DNA from: an uncultured Gammaproteobacteria bacterium
GTDB lineage: Bacteria > Pseudomonadota > Gammaproteobacteria > JAURND01
Reading direction: 5' to 3'
Assembly: GCA_963813895.1 (NCBI GenBank)
Contig: CAWFAS010000003.1
Location: forward strand, 543,914 to 607,913
Length of the DNA stretch: 64,000 bases
In this document: piece after piece, positions 19,144-28,976 of the stretch
Numbering within the stretch: the stretch's first letter is position 1
Layout of the letters: each line of letters begins with the position of its first letter
Translations under genes and position numbers: made by a program
Notes under the pieces: generated by a model
The model's input: the letters and a program-made list of their open reading frames with translations, nothing else
Database searches by the model: none
What the model was told of the DNA's origin: nothing

Positions 19144-20022
19144 TTGATAGCGGGGCGTCACGCCCTCAAAGCAATACGCCTCGCTGTTCGTCTTACCCCC
19201 GCCAGTTTGCCCCTCTGGCTGAATTTTGTTCAGAAGAGGATACACGTGGAAAATAAATTATCAACCATCATTACCATCACCCAACCGCTAGTGACTGCCA
19301 TTAACGGGCATAAGATTTATCAAGCCATCAATTCTATTGAACGATTGCGCCGCTTCGCTGAGGTTCACGTTTTTGCAGTGTGGGATTTCATGGTGCTACT
19401 GCAAAGCTTACAGCGCAAACTGACCAGCAACTCACCATTATGGTTACCACCAGTGACCCATCTCGGTTGTCACTTAGTCAATACCATGCTGGCTGAAGAA
19501 GAAAGCGACGCGCTACCAGATGGTCGCTATTCAAGTCATTTTGAACTGTATCTGGAGGCCATGCACCACAGCGGAACAAATACCCAAAGCATCCAGGCTT
19601 TTATCGAACGTGTGAAACACAATCCCGAATTACTCCAATTGCTGGCGCAGGATTATTTACCCATACCAGCCAAACGATTTCTGGCCGACACTTTTGAAAT
19701 CATCGACAAAGACAGCCATGCGATTGCCGCATCGATCGCCTTTGCGCGCGAACATATTACTTCAAACATGTTCTCTCAAATTTTGCAGCACCTCGCATCC
19801 TTTACCACTGAGAAAAAATATTCACTGCAACCTTTTATTTATTATTTCCAGCGCCATATCGACCTGGATGGCGGCAAGCATAGTGAGCAATCAAAAATCC
19901 TGGTAGCTCATCTCTGTGGTACCGATGCGGCCAAATGGGATGAAGCAATCGAAATTGCGGTTTTCTCGCTTAAAAGTAGACTGCAATTGCTGGATGGAAT
20001 TTATGCTTATATGGTAGCTTAG
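19144..20022 (+). CDS. DUF3050-family (heme-oxygenase-like fold) protein; real start probably downstream (near 19245)
   Basis: Block AEVHVFAVWDFMVLLQSLQRKL resembles the conserved DUF3050 signature. The first ~30 codons run through an atypical GC-rich stretch and are probably not coding. Confidence 0.5.
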   Translation: MIAGRHALKAIRLAVRLTPASLPLWLNFVQKRIHVENKLSTIITITQPLVTAINGHKIYQAINSIERLRRFAEVHVFAVWDFMVLLQSLQRKLTSNSPLWLPPVTHLGCHLVNTMLAEEESDALPDGRYSSHFELYLEAMHHSGTNTQSIQAFIERVKHNPELLQLLAQDYLPIPAKRFLADTFEIIDKDSHAIAASIAFAREHITSNMFSQILQHLASFTTEKKYSLQPFIYYFQRHIDLDGGKHSEQSKILVAHLCGTDAAKWDEAIEIAVFSLKSRLQLLDGIYAYMVA

Positions 20023-20025
20023 GAA

Positions 20026-21186
20026 ATGCACATGGAATCATTCAATCCCCAACAAAAAACTTTGATCGAAACCATTTTCCAACAGATACCCCAATACATT
20101 TTTTGGAAAAATACCCACTCCGTTTATTTGGGTTGTAACCAGCGCTATGCAGAGTTAATTGGTTTAAATAACCCAGAAGAAATCATCGGTAAAACTGATT
20201 ACGAAATTGGCTGGCAACCCGACGGTGACACCGCAGACAAATTCCGCACTGGTGATCAAGAAACGTTAGCAGGCAAATACCTTACCAATGCTGAAGAATG
20301 GTTATCACTCAAAAATGGCTCGAAAATCCTTACTTTGATTAATAAAGTTCCTATCGTCAATCCGCAAGGAATAGTTTTCGGTGTATTAGGCGTCGCCACT
20401 GATATTACCGAGAAAAAACGTATTGAAGAAACGCTGACACAGACCCACCACCAGCTCAAAGGAATGACCCTGGTCAGTGCCAGCATTGCCCATGAATTAC
20501 GCACTCCACTAGCAGCACTTAAAAACGCCGCCAAAGGCATTAGAGAACTGTTGCCTGCCTTAATCGCAGGTTACAAAACTGCCCAGAAAAACCATCTTCA
20601 TGTATCGCCTATTCCTGCCTCTCAATTGAAATTATTAATCGGTGTAATTGATAGCCTGGAAAATAAAGTCGATCAATCAAATGTCATCATTGATATGGTA
20701 TTAACTAACATTCGTGCCCGACAGGAAACCCAGTCAACGCCTGCAAAAAAATGCTCTGCGCGAAAATGCATCAACCAGGCGCTCACGCAATATGTTTTTC
20801 CCGTTCATGGCAAGCCTGAAATAATTTGGGATGATACCCAGGATTTTAATTTTTATGGTCGAGAAATCCTAGTGGTGCATGTATTGTTCAACCTGCTAAA
20901 AAACGCAATTTACTTCATAAGTAAAGCGGGTGAAGGCCATATCCAAATCTGGATTGAAATGACGGATAACTATAATGCCATTCACTTCAAAGATACCGGC
21001 ATGGGTATCGAAGAAAAAAATCTGCCGTATATCTTTGATTTGTTTTTTACCCATGGCACCAACAAAGGCACCGGTGTGGGACTGGCTTTTTGTGACATCA
21101 CCTTGCAAGCGCTGGGTGGCAGCATTAGTTGTGAATCCCGCTGGCACGAGTACACTGAATTTATATTGAAGTTTCCGCAATGTTAA
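20026..21186 (+). CDS. cytoplasmic PAS-domain sensor histidine kinase
   Basis: No TM segments. H-box SIAHELRTPLAAL. ATP-lid G boxes (GTGVGLAFCDITLQALGGSISCES). Stop is 4 nt after the DUF3050 gene, so the two look operonic. Confidence 0.85.
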   Translation: MHMESFNPQQKTLIETIFQQIPQYIFWKNTHSVYLGCNQRYAELIGLNNPEEIIGKTDYEIGWQPDGDTADKFRTGDQETLAGKYLTNAEEWLSLKNGSKILTLINKVPIVNPQGIVFGVLGVATDITEKKRIEETLTQTHHQLKGMTLVSASIAHELRTPLAALKNAAKGIRELLPALIAGYKTAQKNHLHVSPIPASQLKLLIGVIDSLENKVDQSNVIIDMVLTNIRARQETQSTPAKKCSARKCINQALTQYVFPVHGKPEIIWDDTQDFNFYGREILVVHVLFNLLKNAIYFISKAGEGHIQIWIEMTDNYNAIHFKDTGMGIEEKNLPYIFDLFFTHGTNKGTGVGLAFCDITLQALGGSISCESRWHEYTEFILKFPQC

Positions 21187-21312
21187 TCGTAGGAGCGTGA
21201 TCAGCTTCCCTCCACGACTGTCATCCTGAAGGCTTGTCATCCTGACGGCTTTCAGGCGCTTTCAAGGATCAAGTTACAAATTTCCAGCAATCCAACTTCA
21301 TGGAGTATTAAC

Positions 21313-22293
21313 ATGCACCAAATCCCCGTTCTATATCATCCAACCACCCTAACTCTAATAGATGACGATTCTGAATTTTTAAACAGCCTGGCGTTGGCAT
21401 TAAGCAGTCAATTCAAATGCAGATGCTTTACCTATGCGCAACACGCACTAGAATTTCTAACGGCTAATTACTCGCAACAGGACGCATCAAAAATAAAATA
21501 CTTGCAGTTGGAGTATCAGGATATCTGCGATTTTTCAGTGCGGGTGCAGCTATCCGGTTTATACCAGGAAATCTTTAATCCAAAACGCTTTGAAGAAACC
21601 TGCATCCTGGTGGTGGATTACGATATGCCCAGCATGAATGGGTTAGAATTGGCGCGCACCTTAAAATCCAAACTGCCCGTTAAAATAATTATGTTAACCG
21701 GAGAAGCTGACCAGGAAACAGCTATCACTGCCTTTAACAACAAAGAAATCGATCAATTTTTGCTAAAAAGCGCGCCCGATTATCATGAAAAGCTAATACG
21801 ATATATCCAGCAGCTACAGCGGGAACACTTTCTGGAATTATCCAAAGGAATATTGGATCCTCTGAATAGTGTAATCAATCCTCCATTACAAAATAAACAA
21901 TTTATTGAACTGTTTCAAATGGTTTGTTCTGAACATAAAATTATTGAATTTTATCTGCTCGATGAATCAGGCAGTTTTTTAATGCTGGACATAGCAGGTA
22001 AAGAAACCTGGCTTATCGTGCGCACCGCTGCCGATATGGAAACATTTTATGAGTTGGCAGCAGGTGAACCGGATGTGCCGCAAGAGACACTGCAGGCATT
22101 GCATGATAAAACTAAACTGGTATTTTTTCCTAAACGCGCTGAATTTATTCCGCCACAGGAGGATTGGGTAATCGAGGACACTATTCTGTTAAAAAGGAGT
22201 GACATTTATTATTGCCTTTTGCCGGGGAAAGATAAATATCATCTCCAACAGACACCCATCTTCAGTTATAATATGTTTTTAGATCAGGAGTGA
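21313..22293 (+). CDS. atypical response regulator: receiver domain (Asp ~102/104, ILVVDYDMPSMNGLELA...KIIMLTGEAD) with ~190-aa C-terminal output domain of unknown type
   Basis: Receiver-domain motifs seen by eye. Output domain not recognised. The architecture is reminiscent of Legionella LqsR-type regulators, but that was not established. Confidence 0.65.
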   Translation: MHQIPVLYHPTTLTLIDDDSEFLNSLALALSSQFKCRCFTYAQHALEFLTANYSQQDASKIKYLQLEYQDICDFSVRVQLSGLYQEIFNPKRFEETCILVVDYDMPSMNGLELARTLKSKLPVKIIMLTGEADQETAITAFNNKEIDQFLLKSAPDYHEKLIRYIQQLQREHFLELSKGILDPLNSVINPPLQNKQFIELFQMVCSEHKIIEFYLLDESGSFLMLDIAGKETWLIVRTAADMETFYELAAGEPDVPQETLQALHDKTKLVFFPKRAEFIPPQEDWVIEDTILLKRSDIYYCLLPGKDKYHLQQTPIFSYNMFLDQE

Positions 22294-22352
22294 TGTCAAA
22301 TAATTTGATGCTTCCAGAGAGAATTGAATCAATAGGAAATGGATTCTATTGA

Positions 22353-23420
22353 TCAATTATTTCCGATTATCCCACTTGTTTCCAAAACCAAAGCATCCAT
22401 CAATTCACCTGCAGTGATATTTCTACATAAACATGCAGATTGGCCTGCCCACATTGATATAAAATCGATATTATTCTGCTCTTTAGCTGCTTTTCTCATG
22501 CTGGTTGTTAGGGCATTTTGGATCGGATAAGCAAGAATATTTTGCTCTTGGGCCTTCAGATGGTTGATAAATTTGTTGCGTATGCCGCGCGCTAATTTTC
22601 CAGAAAAAGCTCGTGTTAGCACTGTGTTATCTTGCCGCTGGGCCAATAAGGCTTGTTTGTATATAGAAGATATACCTGCTTCCATGCAACTTAAAAACGC
22701 CGTTCCCATTTGTACGCCAGACGCTCCCAAATTCATTGAGGCAACGATACCTCGCCCATCCATAATCCCGCCTGCTGATACAATCGGGATTTTAATTTGA
22801 TCTACCAGTTGTGGTATTAAACTGAATAAACCAATCAGTGCATCCTCAGCCTTACCTAAAAAAGTACCTCGATGTCCACCCGCTTCGCTGCCTTGGGCAA
22901 TGATGATATCGACCCCGCTTTCTTCCAACACATGCGCTTCGGCCAAGGTAGTTGCCGTACCCATTAAAATAGTATGATGCTTTTTAAATGCGGTTATCCA
23001 GGATGAATGCAAGCTGCCAAAGGTATAACTAAAAACAGGCACCTTTTCTTCAAGAATAACGGTTATTTGTTCTTCAAAAGATGGTGTATAAGGTGCGGGA
23101 ACGGGTTTAATTTCCAAATTTAATTCAATGCAGGCTTTATGAATATCCTCACGCGCTTTCTGTATTTGGTTTGGACTTGCATTATGCGTTTCAGGGATAA
23201 AAAGGTTAACAGCAAAAGGATGTTTAGTTAATTGCCGAATTTTTGTTATCGCTTGCCTAATTTCGCTCGGTGTCATATACCCTGCAGCCAAAGAACCTAA
23301 CCCCCCCGAATTAGATACTGCGGAAATGAGTTCTGGCGTAGTGGCCCCGCCTGCCATTGGCGCTTGGATAATTGGAAGTTGTATGCCTATTTTTTTAGTC
23401 AGACTAGTAACTCGCCACAT
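22353..23420 (-). CDS. nitronate monooxygenase (2-nitropropane dioxygenase, NMO/FabK-like FMN enzyme)
   Basis: N-terminal PIIQAPMAGGATTPELISAVSNSGGLGSL motif typical of the NMO family. TIM-barrel length. Confidence 0.8.
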   Translation of the reverse strand: MWRVTSLTKKIGIQLPIIQAPMAGGATTPELISAVSNSGGLGSLAAGYMTPSEIRQAITKIRQLTKHPFAVNLFIPETHNASPNQIQKAREDIHKACIELNLEIKPVPAPYTPSFEEQITVILEEKVPVFSYTFGSLHSSWITAFKKHHTILMGTATTLAEAHVLEESGVDIIIAQGSEAGGHRGTFLGKAEDALIGLFSLIPQLVDQIKIPIVSAGGIMDGRGIVASMNLGASGVQMGTAFLSCMEAGISSIYKQALLAQRQDNTVLTRAFSGKLARGIRNKFINHLKAQEQNILAYPIQNALTTSMRKAAKEQNNIDFISMWAGQSACLCRNITAGELMDALVLETSGIIGNN

Positions 23421-23597
23421 AATAATGCACTCCAGTAAGCCTCTATTTAGACAATTAATTTTAAATTAAGCTAAATGCCTGGGATAGTACGAAATATCCG
23501 AGCTAAAAGCCTCGCATACCAGGCAATATTGCGTTGCTGCATATCACTTTGTATTGGCTAATGCTGGGTGAAGATAATGCCACACCAGCGCAAAAGC

Positions 23598-23640
23598 AGA
23601 GAAGAAAAAATCCCGCCTTGAACCAAACAAAGCGGGATTC
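23598..23640 (-). terminator. rho-independent terminator downstream of 23653-24123
   Basis: Minus-strand hairpin GAATCCCGC-(14 nt)-GCGGGATT followed by a TTTTTTCTTC run. Confidence 0.55.
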
Positions 23641-23652
23641 TCATGAGTGAAT

Positions 23653-24123
23653 TTATTCTGCTTCAACTAGATTTTGCATAAAAGAAGCTTTAGCAATTTT
23701 TGCCTTTGGAACCGATTTTGATAGTTTTCGAGGTTTCTTAGCTGCGCGCGATTTTTTTACCCAGTCTTTCTCAAATTGCTGTAGTATTTTTTTCTGCGCC
23801 AATAATTTTTTATGACTAGAGGTTATGAGCGCTTTTTCCGCTTTTAAACTGTCCAATTTCTTTTTCATGGCCGCCAGATCAGCCGGTTTGATTTTGGCCG
23901 AGCGAGCAGTAGATTTAGTAGCCTTGGTGGTCTTAGATTTTCCTTGAGTTTTTTTCAACTCTTGGACAGCATTTTTTATTGCCTTATCAATGTCAGCCAG
24001 TACTTTCGGATAGATTTTTTCCAATTTTGCCTGATCCTGTGTCCAGCAGGTTTCCAGCTGTTGAATCTGCGCTGAAAATCCACTCGCTTTAGCCTTGGAT
24101 GTAGTTGCACGTTTTGTTGCCAT
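23653..24123 (-). CDS. Lys/Ala-rich histone-H1-like hypothetical protein
   Basis: 156-aa ORF, strongly basic low-complexity C-terminal half (KSKTTKATKSTARSAKIKPADLAAMKKKL...AKKPRKLSKSVPKAKIAKA). Followed by a terminator. Confidence 0.45.
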   Translation of the reverse strand: MATKRATTSKAKASGFSAQIQQLETCWTQDQAKLEKIYPKVLADIDKAIKNAVQELKKTQGKSKTTKATKSTARSAKIKPADLAAMKKKLDSLKAEKALITSSHKKLLAQKKILQQFEKDWVKKSRAAKKPRKLSKSVPKAKIAKASFMQNLVEAE

Positions 24124-24196
24124 ACTTCAACTCCTGTTTGAATGGAAAAAAATGATTAAGTGGTAAAGAATTTTAGTATACACGGTTTGCGGACTA

Positions 24197-24538
24197 CTAT
24201 TCTACAACGCTCTCCAAATGCCCCTTTTGCTTTTCAGTTTTAACTTGGGTAGTTTTTTTATTCTTCGCATTTAGCTGCTCTTTGATTTTGGAACTGATAC
24301 GAGCAAAAGGCACCTGGGCTTCTGGGATATTAATAGTCTTGCCAGTACTGGGATTGCGTCCAGTGCGGGCGGCGCGGGTTTTAACACCAAACGTACCAAA
24401 ACCCGGCAGAATTAAGGTGTCATTATTCTGGAATATCTCGGTGATTGTTTCCAAAACAGCTTCCAGATTGCGGGCAGTTTCTGTTTTAGAAATCTGGGCT
24501 TTGTCCGCGATGGTTTTGATAAAATCTGCTTTGTTCAT
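24197..24538 (-). CDS. HU/IHF-family nucleoid-associated DNA-binding protein with Lys-rich C-terminal tail
   Basis: MNKADFIKTIADKAQISKTETARNLEAVLETITE...GFGTFGVKTRAARTGRNPSTGKTINIPEAQVPFARISSKIKE is a canonical HU fold sequence. Confidence 0.8.
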   Translation of the reverse strand: MNKADFIKTIADKAQISKTETARNLEAVLETITEIFQNNDTLILPGFGTFGVKTRAARTGRNPSTGKTINIPEAQVPFARISSKIKEQLNAKNKKTTQVKTEKQKGHLESVVE

Positions 24539-24770
24539 ATTTGTTTGCTCCGTAGGTGAAATGAGTAAAAATCCTTAGGAAATCAGGGCAAGTTTTGTGG
24601 GGAATAGTCGCTCTTAGTGTCTTTGTAAGTACCGAGTAAGCCAGTTGCATTACTGCAACTGGCTCCTCTAAGAACGCAGCTTGCGACTTTCATCGCACTA
24701 CGCTCAAGCATTTTTTAAGACTGATTTTGTCAGTCCGACCATCTCATCCAGAGGCTCATTAAAACTCCAG

Positions 24771-25517
24771 TTAGCGTTGACCCGTATTTGATCGGACTAG
24801 TTTGCTACGCTTATCGCGGGCTTCAAAATAGTCTTTAAACTTCGGGTTGAATAGACATGCCTCACCGCGAATCTTAATGTAGCGTTCGATCTTCACGCTT
24901 TTAGCTGAGAACAAATCAAGGTGTTTAATTTCTCCTTTCTTGTTCCTGATTTTAGTGGAAAAGATCCAGTTTCTTGTCGACGATATGCGGAAATATTTAG
25001 CACACCATTTTCGCAAACTCCCTTTTGAATGCTTCCGCTTTATCCAGCGCATAATAGCCTGAAAGATGCATCTATCTACATACGAGAAAATTCTTTTAGA
25101 AACCACATGACGATAGTAGTTTGTCCAGCCACGTAAGCGTGCATTCAGCATCGGGATAAACAATTCTCTCGGTGTGTTGCTATGATATTTGATAAATTCT
25201 CGGATACCCTTTAAGAATAAGAGTACGTTTTTCTTGGCTGGTTTTATTAATAATTTCCCGCCATATTTTCGAACGTTAAATCCGAGAAAATCAAAGCCCT
25301 CATCCACGTGCGTGATTTTAGTTTTCTCCGGAGAGAGTTCTAATCCACGTTCTCTGAGAAAGGATTCAATAGCTGGTTTGATTTTATACTCTAGTACTTC
25401 ATATGTGCTTCCGGTCACAATAAAATCGTCAGCATATCGCACAAAATTAATTTTGTCTGGTTGTTTAGTTATTCCTTTTACCAAAGCTTCCATACTATCC
25501 AAAACTATATTCGCCAT
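24771..25517 (-). pseudogene. C-terminal fragment (RT blocks 5-7 + maturase X) of the split group II intron RT
   Basis: Begins ..GGIISPTMANIVLD. Contains YADDFIVTG and the maturase region (RLRGWTNYYR). No endonuclease domain. Confidence 0.8.
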
Positions 25518-25679
25518 GGTTGGGGAAATTATTCCACCTTATGCGAAGAAAGTAATTATGCAAAGTAGTTCTTAAAGTTTCCCATTAATTCAACAACTTC
25601 ATTTCAATTTACTTTGCATAATAGCCTAGAGCGATAATAGAGTCTAGCACTCTAATTATCATTTCTAGGAGATATTTTT

Positions 25680-26915
25680 ATGCAAAATAAACCATTGATT
25701 GATCTGCTCCGTGATTTGGAGCAAGAAATGCTTCGTCTAGGTTACACTGAAGGTTCCATGAAGTTTTATCGTAGACGCTGGCAAATGTTATTAGGATTTG
25801 CACAAGAACGCGATGAACCCTTTTTTTCTGAAAGTTTAGGAATGGATTTTCTCGAAAAGTATTTTCATATTCTTGAAAAAGATTCTAACCGTAAACTTTC
25901 CCAATCAGAAGTTCAAGAACTCCGCATCATACGGGTAATTGGAGACTTTCAACTCCATCATGCCATTTTACGTCGATATTTTAAGCACAAAGAAATTTTA
26001 ACTGAACCCCATTTTTTAACTATCAGTCATCGATTTAAATCCTATTGCGTAGATAATGGCTATTCTGAAGTAACCATTGATCATTATGTTAAACAATCTG
26101 CAAGATTTATGGATTACCTCGCTTCACAGCAAATTATCAGCTGTCAGAAAATTAATCTCGCATTCATTCATAATTATATTAAAACTTTATCTGGTTACGC
26201 CTATAAAACCGTGGAACAAAATATTTGTTCCTTGCGCGCATTTTTTCGTTTCCTTTTAAAAACAGAGGAGGTTGCGATTGATTTTGCAGCAAAAACACCA
26301 ATGGTTCAAGCCAGAAAGCAAACTCGTATTCCATCTGTATGGACAATCGATGAATTGAAAAAATTGATCGCCGCTATTGATAGAGGAAGTCCAAAGGGTA
26401 AACGAGATTATGCCATCATTTTGTTAGCCTGTTGTTTGGGGATGCGATGCCTGGATATTAAACATTTAAAAATGGAAAATTTTAAATGGGAAGAGAAAAA
26501 ATTAATTTTCACTCAATCTAAGACGAAAACCCCTACTGTTCTTCCGTTAACTCCAGAAGTAGGCTGGGCGGTAATTGATTACCTCAAGCACGGTAGACCT
26601 AAAATAGACAGCCCCTTTATTTTTGTCAAGCACATGGCTCCTTTTGGTCCCTTTGCAGAAGACGATCATTTAGCTCAGATCATTAAACATTATATGGAGC
26701 TGGCGCATCTACCTACTTTGAAAAAAAGAAGAGGGATGCATTCCCTTCGACATACGATGGCCAGTCATCTTTTGGAAAAGGACACACCGCTTGCTGTTAT
26801 TTCTGACATTCTCGGTCATATGGATACTGACTCCACGGCAGTTTATTTAAAAGTTGATACGAAGAAACTAAGAGAATGTGCAATGACTTTTGGGGAGGGT
26901 ATTCATCATGAATAA
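25680..26915 (+). CDS. tyrosine recombinase 1 of the RIT trio (RitA position)
   Basis: 411 aa. N-terminal SAM-like domain, catalytic R (MRCLDIKHL region) and HSLRHTMASHLL...LGHMDTDSTAVYLK (H-x-x-R ... Y). Confidence 0.85.
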   Translation: MQNKPLIDLLRDLEQEMLRLGYTEGSMKFYRRRWQMLLGFAQERDEPFFSESLGMDFLEKYFHILEKDSNRKLSQSEVQELRIIRVIGDFQLHHAILRRYFKHKEILTEPHFLTISHRFKSYCVDNGYSEVTIDHYVKQSARFMDYLASQQIISCQKINLAFIHNYIKTLSGYAYKTVEQNICSLRAFFRFLLKTEEVAIDFAAKTPMVQARKQTRIPSVWTIDELKKLIAAIDRGSPKGKRDYAIILLACCLGMRCLDIKHLKMENFKWEEKKLIFTQSKTKTPTVLPLTPEVGWAVIDYLKHGRPKIDSPFIFVKHMAPFGPFAEDDHLAQIIKHYMELAHLPTLKKRRGMHSLRHTMASHLLEKDTPLAVISDILGHMDTDSTAVYLKVDTKKLRECAMTFGEGIHHE

Positions 26916-27894
26916 TTTTAATTATACCGGCCCTTTCAAGGATCATATTCAAAATCATTTAAAATTAAAACAGGCTATTGGATACAAGTATGATACTGAT
27001 GCCGGGCATTTAAAACGTTTCGATCAATTTACATTAGATAAATATCCTCAAGCGACTATTCTGACTAAGGAAATGGTACTTGATTGGTGCAGCAAAAAAA
27101 CTTATGAGGCACAAGCCAACCAAAGCTCGCGTGCTTCTGTCATTCGGCAATTTGGAAAATATCTCGATTCTATCGGAATGAACGCTTATGTCTTAGCCAA
27201 AGGTTATTATCCTAGCGCAAAACAATATATACCGTATATTTATACTATTGAAGAATTGGAAAAATTTTTCTCTGAAACCGACCGATGTCAGTATTGTTGC
27301 GAATGTCCCTATCGGCACCTGATTATGCCTGTGATTTTTCGCATGATCTATCTATGCGGATTGAGATTATCCGAAGCCAGACTGCTTAAAGTTGCAGATG
27401 TTGATCTAAAAGACGGTGTCCTCAGCATCCATCACGCTAAAAAAGATAATTGCCGATTGGTGCCTATGTCCGCCTTTCTAACGGATCTATGTCGAAATTT
27501 CTCAAAAAAAGTGCACCTAAACTCAGCCGAAAGTGATTATTATTTTCCAGCATTGCATGGTAAACCCATGACAAAAACTAATCTTTATCATAACTTCCGC
27601 AGATTTTTATGGCGTGCCAAAATTTCCCATGGCGGCAGAGGACATGGCCCACGCATTTATGACTTTCGACACGTTTATGCCGTGCATTGCTTAAAAAAAT
27701 GGGCTGAAGAAGAAAAAGATCTCACTGTTTACCTGCCTCTGTTAAAAACCTATATGGGACACGACTCATTCAACGAAACTGCCTATTACCTCCGCTTAAC
27801 TGCCGATGTATTCCCTCACATCACGTTAAAAATAGAGACTCAGTATCCAAACATCATCCCCATGCTTGGAGGTGAAACCAATGAAACCCACTGA
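26890..27894 (+). CDS. tyrosine recombinase 2 of the RIT trio (RitB position)
   Basis: 334 aa. GLRLSEARLLKVADVDL..., YDFRHVYAVHCL, MGHDSFNETAYYLR. Overlaps the upstream gene by 26 nt. Confidence 0.85.
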   Translation: MGRVFIMNNFNYTGPFKDHIQNHLKLKQAIGYKYDTDAGHLKRFDQFTLDKYPQATILTKEMVLDWCSKKTYEAQANQSSRASVIRQFGKYLDSIGMNAYVLAKGYYPSAKQYIPYIYTIEELEKFFSETDRCQYCCECPYRHLIMPVIFRMIYLCGLRLSEARLLKVADVDLKDGVLSIHHAKKDNCRLVPMSAFLTDLCRNFSKKVHLNSAESDYYFPALHGKPMTKTNLYHNFRRFLWRAKISHGGRGHGPRIYDFRHVYAVHCLKKWAEEEKDLTVYLPLLKTYMGHDSFNETAYYLRLTADVFPHITLKIETQYPNIIPMLGGETNETH

Positions 27895-28894
27895 TTTTGC
27901 AAAATACCTAACTGAATTTCTTTCCATTTACTTGCCAACGCAGAAAAATGTCAGCAAAAATACTATTCACTCTTATCGAGATACATTTAAATTATTGATT
28001 AATTACTGTCAAGAGATTAAAAAAATTTCGGCAGAAAAAATCACTATTAGTATTCTCTCAAGCCAATGGTTGATTGATTTTTTACAGTGGCTGGAAACAG
28101 ACAGAAAATGTAGCATATCCACTCGAAATCAAAGACTAGCGGCTATTCATTCTTTTTTTAGATATTTACAGGCAGAAGAGCCTGCTGGTATATTTAATTT
28201 TCAAAAGATCACAGCTATCCCCATTAAAAAAGCACAGAAAAAAATTGTGGAATATCTGACTCCAGAAGCTATGAAATTACTTTTGGAGCAGCCCGACAAA
28301 CATACGTTGAGGGGTAGACGTGATTTAACGTTAATGGCGGTCTTATATGATTCTGGAGCACGCGTGCAGGAAGTATGTGATCTGAAGATCGGTGATGTTA
28401 GTTTACAAGAACCCGTTGTTATTACGTTAACTGGCAAAGGAAATAAAATCAGACGGGTACCTATCATGAAAAATACAGCTTCTTTATTAAAAAATTATTT
28501 GTCGGAAAATAACTTAGATAAAACTTGGAAAAATGAAAATCCACTATTCACAAATAACCAACATAGGAAACTGACAAAAGAAGGCGTGTCTTACATAATT
28601 GCAAAGTATGTTGAATCTGCCAGAAAAAAATCAACCATAGTACCTTTAAAAGTACATGCCCATATGCTTCGCCATTCAAAGGCGATGCATTTATTACAAG
28701 CGGGTGTTAATCTCATCTATATCCGTGATTTTCTTGGTCACGTTGACCTGAAGACCACAGAGATATATGCCAGGGCAGATACTGAAACCAAAAGAAAAGC
28801 TGTTGAAAATCTTTATCCTGATTTAATTGAAAGTAATCTGCCTGATTGGAGCAAAGATCAAGCATTGCTTTCGTGGCTGTCTGAGTTAAAATAA
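27866..28894 (+). CDS. tyrosine recombinase 3 of the RIT trio (RitC position)
   Basis: 342 aa. GARVQEVCDLKIGDV, HAHMLRHSKAMHLL, LGHVDLKTTEIYAR. Overlaps the upstream gene by 29 nt. Confidence 0.85.
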   Translation: MEVKPMKPTDFAKYLTEFLSIYLPTQKNVSKNTIHSYRDTFKLLINYCQEIKKISAEKITISILSSQWLIDFLQWLETDRKCSISTRNQRLAAIHSFFRYLQAEEPAGIFNFQKITAIPIKKAQKKIVEYLTPEAMKLLLEQPDKHTLRGRRDLTLMAVLYDSGARVQEVCDLKIGDVSLQEPVVITLTGKGNKIRRVPIMKNTASLLKNYLSENNLDKTWKNENPLFTNNQHRKLTKEGVSYIIAKYVESARKKSTIVPLKVHAHMLRHSKAMHLLQAGVNLIYIRDFLGHVDLKTTEIYARADTETKRKAVENLYPDLIESNLPDWSKDQALLSWLSELK

Positions 28895-28976
28895 ACACCA
28901 TGAGAAATTATGCAAAGTAAATAAAAGTAAAATCATTATTTTTTAATAACCTAAGTAATTTACTTTGCATAATGTC

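Noticed and set aside
21313-22293. Identification of the atypical response regulator as an LqsR ortholog
   Set aside because: Only the size and the position of the receiver Asp suggest it. No alignment evidence is available, so it is kept as 'atypical RR'.
22339-22800. 63-aa and 78-aa plus-strand ORFs
   Set aside because: Antisense to the well-supported nitronate monooxygenase gene.
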